Origin: Balanoglossus misakiensis | Lineage: Eukaryota > Animalia > Hemichordata | Direction of reading: 5' to 3' | DNA: 64,000 nt | NCBI GenBank assembly: GCA_040954595.2 | Contig: CM082589.2 | Span: 1,094,009-1,158,008, forward strand | Part shown: piece after piece, positions 27,451 through 39,500 of the stretch | Position numbering within the stretch: the stretch's first letter is position 1 | How the letters are laid out: the number at the start of each line of letters is the position of its first letter | Made by a program: the position numbers and the translations under genes | Notes under the pieces: model-generated | The model's database searches: none | Seen by the model: the letters and a program-made list of their open reading frames with translations, nothing else | What the model was told of the DNA's origin: nothing

Positions 27451-30400
27451 ATGGCACGTCTTTTAGGTGTGGTCCTTCGAAGTTGTGTGTTTTTAGCAGC
27501 ATTTTTCGCCACTTCGAGTGTCTGCAAAGCCATAGACTGGGATCCAAGGGGATATATCCTCTACTGTCCATGTATGGGTAAGTCATCCCGTTTGACACAC
27601 CTTGATGTGTTTTAAGTCACTTTGCGTAATTCAGGTAGCTGGCGCGCTTGTACGTTTTCTTTTGAAAATGTTTTTGGGTCATATCGCGTTTAAAACTTGG
27701 ATTTTTTTCCTGGCAGAAGGATCAACTGAATCTATGATTCCAGAAATCAATCATTACGTATGACAGTAATGTTGGATTGAGAATGAATGACCATGCTTAA
27801 ACCCAAGCATGTCAGAACTAGTCCAGCCAAGGTTGTTTCATAACACTGTAGGCAAATGGTCTCGATCCAAGTGGTTGTAGGCTTCAAACATTCATAAAAC
27901 TAATTTTACAACATGTCGTAAAAACTAAGAAGTTTAATAGCTACCTTTCTATGTCTTAAAGTTTATTTCATTGATTTGTGATATCCTTAATCAGTCCCTG
28001 CCTTGACACACCCAAAAACTTGAAGCCCAATTGGTGCTATAATTGGGACATAGTTTTTAAAACTCGAGAAATAAAAATTTCTCACGCATATATCTCAGAA
28101 GTTTGTTTCTCAAAAGGCTATGCTTTATAATATGTTAAAGATAGGTGTGTATTATTTGACATAAGCTACATAGCTATATATAGGCACGTATAGGTTACCC
28201 AAGGTCAAAGGTCAATCATCTCTTCAATAGAAAGTGTTGCCACCATTTCACATACAGTGCAATAAAAATCAAAGTTGCTTGTTTTTTATCCTATAAAACT
28301 TAGGGCTTTGTAAGTACAAGGTCTGTCTGTATGTTTTTTATTCACAACAGGTCGTTTTACCAACCAAGTTGATCAACTACTTGGATCTCTATACTTTGCC
28401 AAAACAATCAACCGCACCTTGGCTGTCCCACCATTCATAGACTACCCATGTGGTAAAAAATCACATGGTCATGGCTTACAACTACCAATACACCTGGCTC
28501 CAAATGTAAGCAACAATTTGAATTTTTCTTCTCCTTTTTCAGGTCGGCATGGCAACCAAGTAGACCAGTTTCTGGGTTCCCTCTTCTTTGCCAAAACTCT
28601 TGACCGCGTCCTGGTTATGCCACCATTTATAGAATATCAACATCACCTTGGTCATGATGCTGATAACGTAAGCTTCTTTTCACAAAATATCTATTCAACA
28701 TCCAGAAGACATTTTAAGAGGTTTTAAGAAGAACAAAAGACATGAAAAAAGCAGATTAGTTTTTGCAGTCTGTATGTGCATGATGCATCTCTAAATATCC
28801 AACATTTGAATCTGACACAAGAAGTGAGATATATTGATAACATTTATTATTTTGAATCATTTGTATACATTAAAATGTACATTGATGAGAAAGTAATTTG
28901 AATGTTTTGATTTCAACACAGGCTCTTCTGAAATATACAAATAACAAGAAAAACAAGAATGTGAATTTCAAAACCTTCTGTTTCAACACCCGACAAAGTG
29001 TGGGGCATTTCTTAAACTTCTGGCAAAAAAGGCAAATCAATCAGACCTAACGATGGCCAAAGAAAGTGATTTGACGTCCTCTGAGGTTATACAAACATTC
29101 TGAGGGTCATCAAACTCGGGGTCAGATAGTTTTAGCAAGTTAGGGAACCTTATTCCATTGTCTGAAATGCCAGGTATCCAGTCGTAGGTGTAACGTCTTT
29201 TAAAGTTTGTGTGGCATGATCTGATTGGTTGGAATTGAAAACATGAATAATTCATGAGGTACATGTTATGACCTCACCCATTCAGGGATGGTCAAAGATG
29301 TTTCTGTCATGTAAATTAGCTTCACCCCAAAAAAGAATGACCACGAGTTTTACGTGGCTGCTTAATGTGTGGTCATAGTTTATTCACAATGGCAAATTAC
29401 TCTTCAAATATCTACAAATAAATTTGGCTAAAACAAGCTTGGACATGAAGAATATGAATGTTATGAGTAAACGTACAATGGTTTCATTAAAATTCTTCTA
29501 AATTTCTTTCACACAGGTGTATGTCCCATTGACAGAAATGTTCGACTTAGAAGCAATGCAAGAATATCACACTGTGATCACTATGGAGGATTTCATGGAA
29601 GATTTGGCGCCGTATCACTGGTCGCCTGGCAACAGGATTGCTTACTGTTCAGAAAAGGCAGCAGAATTCAATCTGGATTCTCACGGTGAAATGGGCTGTA
29701 CAAGAGTAAGTTTGAGAAAAAATAATTAATAGTATAAGATAAAATACATTTTGGGAAAAATTACAATCGCAAACACACAGGTAACATAAGGATAACCTGT
29801 TAAAATAATTACAGTCTGAGAAAAAATACAACACCAAATATTTTGGATCAATTTAACCCCTGCCATTTTGGTATGTTATTCAACATTATTTTCTTGTAAA
29901 ATGACGATTTTTTGCCCTTTTTTATTTTTGCAGCCTGGTAATCCATTCAAGGATTTCTGGGACTACTTTGACATCCATTTTGACAGTTCTGAAATCTGGC
30001 ACGACTTACACTTCAATGTCGACTATGATGAGTGGAGGAAAGGATGGGTAAACACATATACTCCAAGCGAACACCCTGTATTAGCTCTGATGGGAGCCCC
30101 CGCTCAGTTCCCTGTGACAGAAGCCAATGAACCTCTACAACGATATCTGCAGTGGAACAAGATCACTATGGAGGAAGGTGATGACTACATTGAGAAAAAT
30201 TTGAGGCGTCCCTATGTGGCCATTCATTTGCGGAATGGTGCTGACTGGGTAAGTATGTGGCTGTCTTCTCAAGACGATGATTCTGTCAACATTACTCTTG
30301 GTTGCCATAGTTTTATACAGCAATGGAGAAAACACAATATTTGGCATTAAAATCTAGAAAGTTTTACATCCATTTTGTAACATCCATGGTTGTTTTAATT

Positions 30401-30969
30401 GAAAATTTTGATTTTAATGTTCCCAGGCATCAACTTGCAATATGGCCGACGGCAAGACCTACACACATCTGATGTCATCCCAACAGTGCGTTGGATATCA
30501 CCGTGACAGGGCGTCGCCTGTCACCAGGGAGATGTGTATGCAAACAGAACCACAAGTTGTACGAGAAGTGCGTGAAGTCGCTGAGAGAATCAACGCCAGA
30601 AGTGTTTTTGTTGCCACTGATCATGTACCAATGCTTGAAGATCTGTCTGAAGGATTGGAAGATCTCAACGTGAGTGTCGGCCATTTTGATTTGAAATGTT
30701 AATTTGACCCCCCAAAATACAATATGAATATTGTCATAACTTTACTCTGCTTGTGATAACTTATTATTTTTATGTTTTGGTTTCAGATTGAGGTATTCCA
30801 CTTAGATCCTGAAAGGCCTCAGATAGATTTGTACATCTTAGGCCAAGCTGATCATTTCATCGGAAACTGCGTATCCTCATTTTCAGCCTTTGTCAAACGT
30901 GAACGAGATGTCAATGAAAAACCAACAACATTCTTTGGATGGAATGGTCTGACTCATGACGAGCTGTAG
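27451..30969 (+). CDS. POFUT1: GDP-fucose protein O-fucosyltransferase 1 (multi-exon, ~393 aa with exon 2b or ~403 aa with exon 2a)
   Basis: Exons are 27451-27577, [28351-28505 or 28543-28667], 29517-29705, 29934-30248, 30427-30669 and 30787-30969, all GT-AG and phase-consistent. The protein has a signal peptide, [60 protein letters not shown] and a C-terminal HDEL. Confidence 0.96.
28351..28505 (+). CDS. POFUT1: POFUT1 alternative exon 2a ([52 protein letters not shown])
   Basis: Acceptor ttcacaacag| and donor AAT|gtaagc. It is 155 nt, phase 1 in and phase 0 out, has no stops and is homologous to exon 2b. Confidence 0.8.
28543..28667 (+). CDS. POFUT1: POFUT1 alternative exon 2b ([42 protein letters not shown])
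   Basis: Acceptor ctttttcag| and donor AAC|gtaagc. It is 125 nt, phase 1 in and phase 0 out. Confidence 0.9.
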
Positions 30970-31720
30970 TGTATTTTTCAGCTGATTATTGACAACTACA
31001 CATATAGTGGATTAGGATTTCAATTCAATGCCATCATTTTGTAAGAGAGACATTTTGTTTTAATACTTCATTTGCACATTCAATTTTACAGTTCAAATCA
31101 ATTCAAACAGGACTCAAAAAGTTAAAATGAGTATTTTTGTTCCAAAACACATACAGATGTAAAACTCATTGCAGAAATTTTTACATTTACTCCTTTTATA
31201 TGCAATAGTCGGTTACAGCTTTTGCACAAGTGTAAATTTTGTTCCCAGTAACTATTTTTTGCCTTCGCATTTGATATTCCTTGCTGGTTTCCCTGAGAAA
31301 TTGGAACCAAATTTACGAATACTATTCCCCCTCCCTACCCAAATAATATGCATTGGCAAGACTATTTTACCAGTACTAGTAGACACCCCCATTAGTTGTA
31401 TGTTTTGCACAGGGTAGGTGGTGGGTGTTAAAAATGAACCGCATTTGTAATTTTGATAATGAAAATAAAAGTGCTTTTCATTTTTCACCGGTTTGATTCT
31501 TGTTTTTATATCACTGCAAGACTGTTGAAATGCAAGTTAAAATCCATTTTGTGAAAAGTAATGATGTCACATGTCAGTTATCATTGGTTATCACAGAAAT
31601 TTAAAAAAATCCTTGGCAAGGTGACCATGGTGATGGCAGCCATTTTGTTTTTAGATCGTTCCCGAACAACAGTCTGAACTAAAGCCACAGCACCACTTTT
31701 GCAACACCATACATTCTCTC

Positions 31721-34700
31721 TTATTTCTTGCCTTTCCTTTGCCTTGCTAGTTTTTCTTTCCTCTTCTTTACACATTTTGGAGTCTTGGTTTTCCTCTTTT
31801 CACGTTGCGCTTCCTTCACAGCTCGTTTTCTCTCCTGAAATGAAAGTTTCACAAAATCAAATAAATGTATGCAAGTGTCTTGGAAGTCCATGGTTAATAA
31901 GAATTATCCACAAGCGCATAAACTCTGAGATGAGAAAATTCCAAAGAATCAGTTTACCTTTTTACTATTTGGTGATTCATCACGTTTTCTTGGTTTTGAT
32001 GTTCTGTTGTCTCCTTCACTATCACTGTCATCTTCGCTACTTTCATCATCTTCATCTTCACTTTCTGAGTTCTCTTTCAAATCATCTTCAATTAACTTTG
32101 GCTCCTGGAGGAAGAAATGACACTTTCAGAGTCTAGCTACATTATAACATTATTGTTGACATCCTTCCACAATTATCAACGTTTCCCTTGCAAAAGAAAG
32201 AACGAACAATTAACCTCTGGCTATGTAAAATTATAGTTCCTGGTTTACATTACCTTTTGAGCTCCAGACAAATCTGTTTTCATTCCAGTCACTGTTTGAT
32301 AAAATATCTGTGGCAAAAATGAAATGTGTATAAAGTTAATAATCACAGACAAGCGTGCGTAGATAAACTACATGTAGATAAATGGATGTTAATTTCTAAT
32401 GAACAAATATCAACAAATTCTTCACTCACCTGATCAACATCACCTTCTTGTACTTTGTTGACATCGCCTTCAAAGTCAAGGACTTCATCTAACGTACGTG
32501 GGATGTATGCTTGTTTGAAGACTTGTTCTTCTACATTTTGTTGTTCTAGTTCCTCTTCTGTCCTGTTGGTTGCTATATCCATGGCCTTGAATAAAGAAAA
32601 TTATAGTTAAAGTAAGTGCAATTCATTTCATATGATAAATATCATGAGCATGTGCATGTCAGTCATTTCACAAACCATAACAGATTAAGGGTAAGATTCA
32701 GCACTTACTTTTTCCAAATACTGTTCAATATTATCGTCATGGATATTGGGATCAGTGACAAATTCAAACAGTTCTCTCATTGTCATCACACAGACATCTT
32801 TTCTGCGGAAAAAATCTGTCAAAAGGAGAAAAAAATGGTGATATAATGGTTACAGAAACACACCCTCTAACAGTGTATGACATGACATGGCATGGTTGCC
32901 AAATAAAGTAGAACCTCCAAAAAACATCAACTGCAAATGATTTCTTGGGAGATCTTATTTACCTGTAATATTGGTACAATCATTCCGTAGAAATTCTAAT
33001 GCGTGGGGATGATCATGTTCCACAGACTGCGAGACGTCAATCAAACATAATTCACCATCATAATATCTGCAACAAATTGATGGAGAATGATAAATAAAAA
33101 GCTTCAGATTTTAGATCAGAAAATACAAACTATTGTCTAGTTGAGGTACTGTTTAAAAAATATCAGCATATACTACTACCCAGGAGAAAACTTCTGAATG
33201 TAAATGTCACAGTCGATCAGGATGCAGCAGTCAATGGCATACTTACAAGATATTATATTCACTGAGATCTGCGTGGACCAATTTACAATCATGGAATATT
33301 TTTCTCATCATGTGAATACAACTTAAATAGAGTTCTCTGAATTTAGATTCACTCAGTTCCACATCTTTCAGCTTTGGTGCTGGCCTAAAAACAACAACAC
33401 AGAAACTAATAGAAAGTGTTTTGAAAAACTTTACAAAACGTGGCAAGATATGGTTTTGAGTTGAATCCAATATGGCTGAACAGAATCCAATATGGCTGAC
33501 TTACCAACCATCAGTTCCTATAAATGACATCACTAAAACATGACTGCGTAACATAATGGGTTGTGGGCAGGTAATACCAGCATTGTGCATTCTGCAAGAA
33601 ATAATTAAGTAAACATATCAAATCAACTTGCAACTGGCACACTGAGTCACTTCTGACAGATCTTTGACAGTTCAGAACGACAACAATGGCTACACACATT
33701 CATGAACTCTCTGCTATTCACCAAGTGGTTTACCTTGTAAGATTTCTCATTTCTTTCTCAGCCCAAGTCTGCACCATTTTTCTTGGATTGGACCGACAGT
33801 AACCATGTCGAAACCTAAAATGAATTCATGATTACAAATTAGCTTCATGGAATTATATGTTCCCCTTCTTGCAATTAACATGTAACCTTTCATTACAATT
33901 CAATCTTCATTGATTTGTTAGACTCACCTGAATTCTCCATTGACATATTTATCTCTGTCTTTGAAAATGAGAATTGATGTCTTGTACACCTGAAAATCAA
34001 CAAATCAAAGAATCACAATAAGGATACCTGTGTAAAACTTAGTGTATTCGATATATACAGAATTCTACATAAAACCATTTCCCCTTTGGGGTATCTGTAT
34101 ATGGCACTCCTCCAGGAAATTCCACAGATGGTAGAAAGAACTCTCTGATATAGTTACTGACATGAAAACCATTTTTAAAATCAATCATCTTACCTTTACA
34201 GCCCTGTCTTGACAATCTCTACAGGTAGCATGGTAGACATTGGCCTACAAATATAAAATTATTATTTTAATTCTATCACAAAGTTACCACTGTTACAACA
34301 CACCTGAATTGAAACATTTGGAGTCTTTGAAAAAAGATTTTGTGAAATATTCAGTCATCATATCTCACCTCTTTTCCTGTACTGATACAGCCATTGATTT
34401 CTGTAATTACACCACGGTTTAACATTTTGAATAAAATCATTCTCGTACGAGGGTCTAGAACCTGTGAAAATCAAAATAGATATACTTTAGTTTATTCATA
34501 AATCTGAAAACAGACATCTTGCAGCTTTGAAGATAGATAGAACAATAAATGTTGTTCAGAGACAACCATGCACATCATTTTGTAACTCAACACATGATTG
34601 GCTGATTCCCAAATGATTTTCACATACAATGTTAGGGAAGCCAATAAGATTCTCCCTTTGAAATAAGCCATTAGTGCTCACCTGTTCCATGGTCGCTCTG

Positions 34701-35810
34701 TCTGCTTTGTCTTTGTTACGACTCCTGCAAAGGTCAAAGTTGAAATCATCTCACAGGTAATGAAGAAAGTACACTAGCGCAAAATAATAAGTTTGCCTTT
34801 CTTGCTCCTTAAATAACTGATTTCATTCTGATTGGCAAGTCTCGTATCTGTCTTGCCAAAAAGAGGAATTCAGACATTGGACAAATCTTACCTGTCTGCA
34901 TCATGTTTACGACTGCTGCTTAGCAACGAAGACACAGCAGCTGAAGACAGTGCAGGACCACCATATTTTTCAATGCGTATCTTATTTGCATATTTTCCCA
35001 AAGCTTTTTCACTAGGCTGTGAACATTAAAGCAACATATTATTGTTAGTAGAAATCATACATGAATTTACATAGCAGACTCTGGACAACTTTTACAGAGG
35101 AAATACATATTTGTGATTCACAAACTCAACAGTTTCTTTCTCCTTACCTGTAATTTGGCTGTCTGGGATTTCATTTGCTGGTTTGGATTTAACTGAAAAT
35201 ATAACAGAATGATAAATAAGCATATGCATATTTGAATGAACACCATCAGCTGTGTTATATAAACGTTTCTTTCATTGGCCTGATAGAATATTGTAAGTGA
35301 AACTCACCTGACTACCAGCCGACTTCATAGAATTATATTTTTTTGTGAAATCTGAAAAACAGAACAAACATCTGTTCAATATATGCCACTATCAATTGTC
35401 AAAGCGATATTTGATCAAAAGTTTCATCATTCAGTGTTGAGTAATACAGTAGTTAAAGACTTGAACTTTGACCTATTTGTGTGACATAGCAACCGTTTCC
35501 AAATGATACCTACCACCAGTTTCATCTTCCCAATCCCAGTCAAGAAACTCTTCTTCATCTTCAGATGATGATAAACGACAAGATACCTGGGAAGCTGAAA
35601 ATCCACATGGTGTCATTATTAATTGTAATTATCTCCATGGCAACATGAATATCTATAGGCTTTCCTCAGTATATGTATCTTGACAGGAGATGGAGATATC
35701 CTTGGGTAATTCTGTAGACTCATGTCTATCTCTACAGCTGATTTTAATCCGGTTGTCAAAATTGTTGACATACCTTTTTCTGATAGTTCTGTAATTACAG
35801 AATCTTCCAT
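31721..35810 (-). CDS. RIOK1: Serine/threonine kinase RIO1 (multi-exon)
   Basis: Minus-strand exons encode [120 protein letters not shown] and the basic tail [28 protein letters not shown] (TAA at 31721-31723). The start ATG at 35810 is inferred from an in-frame upstream stop. Confidence 0.95.
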
Positions 35811-35994
35811 GTTTCTTGTAGTTTGTATTGCTTATTCTGAACTGCAGTCTGTATTATCTGAAATTAAAATGAAATAACATTTAATCTTTAAGCATCTAAA
35901 TACATGTACATGATGTGTCTGTGGTTTCAAGCATCAATCAACAACACATAACATGCGAATGTGGCTGCTGTGATTAAAATGATAACAAACTGAC

Positions 35995-36580
35995 CTATCA
36001 CGTTGGTTAAATTAAGTGTACTGAAGAAGTCCGCAACAAATTTTATCTCTGCGTTGGCTAAGTTGTGACAAAACTCTTCGTTTTCTGTACCGGAAGATCA
36101 CTTATGAGGACGTATATATCTGGAACATGTGTTGCTAAATGTTGAGCAATAATACGCGTGGCATTTGTAGATCGTCGATTCGACATTACCAAAGAAATGA
36201 TTTTCTTCTCTTCTGATCAAAAATACTATGATAACAAGTTTGCAATATTGATGAGTTGATGAAATAATGAAACATTTAAAACATTAATTTTAAAATTTGA
36301 CGAATAAGACACAGAAAACTTGACACTATGTCCAGTTATGTTTCCCTTTTTTCTAGTTTGGCCATTGGGGGCGCACTACCCAAAACAAACTGAAATCGAC
36401 CATAGCGAAACATACAGTACGGTTGGAGTCGGTTCATTTCAGTTCCGAATACCACGGACCCTCTGGGTCATCAAACACTCATAAATCACGCCATGAAATG
36501 TCACCCATTTGAAGTGTTTGCGGACATGGTTCACATCATACTGAAATACATGAGTAGAGAACGCGATCTTCTCCGGCGAG
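35995..36580. promoter_or_regulatory. Probable bidirectional promoter and 5' UTR region between head-to-head RIOK1 and TMTC2
   Basis: The start codons are ~770 bp apart and divergent. The region has CCGGAAG (~36100) and a CTCF-like GCCATTGGGGGCGC (36361). The call rests on position. Confidence 0.5.
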
Positions 36581-39500
36581 ATGATGTTGCTATCACTTTG
36601 CTGCGGAGTTTTTGGGCTTCTGCTATACCTGAACACCTTGACAGCGGACTTCGCTTATGACGACAGGTAAGAATTTGCTGCCCAATTAGAGACCTGTTAC
36701 ATCGCGTTGAATGAGATAGCTGGACTGTCCTGTGCAGTGAGCATAAACCTGTCAATACACACAATGCATTACGTGGCACAAGCCTTTACACGTGGACTGT
36801 GCAAACTCGACCATAACAGAAGCAAAACACATCACACACCCAGAATAAGAACTTCTCTGTGGGTGTATTAAGACCCTATGAATACGATCTGATCATATTT
36901 CGACCACATACACGGTGCGCCCTTGACAATGTATGAAGAAACAGTCCAATGTATACAAAGAACGCCGCTAACTTCGAACCGTTGTCTATTATTAACTGTG
37001 TTCATTTCACACTTTTCTATACAAAGTCACAACATTGTAACACGTTAACAACATTGAAGAATAGATCGGTATGATTTTGTTTGGAATGTTCGTATTGGTA
37101 TCACCGGCTAGTTGCTGTGTCAATGCTAGCTGTGAGTTGTATAGAATGACATTCTATATGCTATAGTGAGCTAGAATAATCAATACTTAAATGAGGCTAG
37201 GCTCCTGTAGATTCTCAGATCATGGATTCATTATTTGCTGCCTCAAGGGGTGTGTTGTGTAGAGACACTAAATTCAAAGATGTGAATAGAATAAATAACT
37301 TGACTGGCTGAACTATTCTATGAAAGCCCTGTTGTCATTTCAGAGGTCTGCTATTCTGCCCCGACCGCATATTGATTCCAGTGTACTAACACCACATAAA
37401 ACCAATTGTTGTGCTAAACTTTGCCGGCTTTTACGTTCCTTAGGATTAATCCCACAATTACTCTATTGATCCCATTACCAGCTTGCAAACACTTGTTGTC
37501 AAACTTAGAGGTGCGTGTTTTGACAAGATTTCAACATAAAGTGAAATCCTCCAATCCCCAAGGTCAGGGATAATTAGTTTCGCTTGGTTAAACCAATTTT
37601 TACTGATTCTATGTTGAAAGCAGATGAGCATATAAGAACATCAATGGTTGTAAATGTAAAGTTAATGAGGCAATGCTTAACAGGTAAATGGTTTACTAAA
37701 ATGTATTTTATATATCACAGTTGTATTATCATGGTAAATTATTAATAATTCTCGGGCCAAAACAAAGATTGAGCTGTGTGTACGTGGTGCACTCGTATTA
37801 CATTAAAAGCCTTGCGTTGACCTTTTTCGATTTGGAATGTTAAAATATGTTTAGCTTTAGGTTAAACTTGGCAATGACTGTAGGGGAAAAAAGGGCCACA
37901 CATCACTGCCCTGTTTTGGACACGAGCCAAGACGAGAAACGACTTTTTTTTTATCTTTTGGCCTGATGGTTTGCTGAGTATCATTTTCCTTCTGTGATCA
38001 TCCATGCATGTATAATGGCATCCATTCCTTAACACATGTGCACAATTACTGAACATACCAGTGCAAGTAATATCCTTTCAATGAAATGAATAATATCACT
38101 ATCGTTCACATTTTATTCATCTCAATGCTATGGACACAATTGCAGAATAATTTCTAGCAGAGGCATTTGGTGTTATTCTTTTTGATGAGATGGAACATAT
38201 GTTTGAAATTCCTCCAACTCAAAGACGCCAAGCATTTATTTTGCCATACATCCAATGCACATTGTCTCATAGAGGCTGTGGTGCTAAATGTGAATTTTTC
38301 CATCATTCTAAAAATTTTAATGGTTATTTTTAAGATTCCAAGTTGTGGAACTGCTTTAGTTCTGCATTCTCGAGTCCTGACCTTTGACCCCAGGACAGAC
38401 AGAGGTCTGCGTGCCTTTGGTACCACTATTTATCATCCATTGAATTGCTTGTGTACATAACATAATTGGCTGCTTATCTTAGAGCATTCCTTAGACTCTT
38501 GATGGGCAGGCAACTTAATTGACTGAGTTTTATGTGTCACACACAAGGCTAATTCGGTATCGAGGTGTTTTCTAAAGGAAGAGAGCCAAATTTCCTAATT
38601 TTTAGCGTGTGGGGGTTAAAAGAGGTGAAACCAGAACTGACCGGTGACATATAACTGCTCAGAGCAGACTTTTTGTTTATTATGCCTGGAGTTGATTAAT
38701 CACTGTCCCTGACCCTAAAATAACATTGAGGTCACTTCGTCAAATATTTCCATGCACCGGTCACCACATCTGAAGTCATTATAAACCCATTTACTGGCTC
38801 AGGCCAAGATCACACTTCACTCAAAGTAAACATTCATTATTGGCCGAAATATAAATATTTATTTTTCGCTCTGTCTTCTGTATTTGTTTTCAGCCGTGCG
38901 ATCGAGAAGAATCAAGATTTACACGGAGATACACCATGGCAGAATATTTTTGTAGACGACTTTTGGGGGACTCCTCTCACTCACACTGGCAGTCATAAAT
39001 CATATCGGCCTCTTTGTGTCCTTTCCTTCCGATGGAATTATCTCTTGGGAGAACTCAACCCGTTTGGATATCATCTCACGAATATTATCCTCCATGCTGT
39101 CGTCGTAGCATTATTTACATCAATTTCACAATTTCTGTTGAAATCGCAACGTTTGGGTGTTGTATCAGGTTTACTGTTCGCTGCGCATCCTATACATACA
39201 GAAGCTGTTGCTGGAATTGTCGGCAGAGCGGAGATTGGAGCCGCTCTTTTTTTCCTTCTTTCGTTCAAATTTTACATCAAGTATTGCCAGTCAAGAGAAG
39301 GGACATTACTGCAGGTTCATGATCCGATCAGTCGACGCCGATTGATGTCACAAACATTTCTGTTTTTGTTGTCAAGTCTTGTGTGTGCAGCATGTAGTAT
39401 GCTATGGAAGGAACAAGCAATAACTGTCTTAGCCGTCAATATTACGTACGACATCTTTGTGTGGAATAAAATTCCTGTGTTAAATATCTTCCACATCTTT

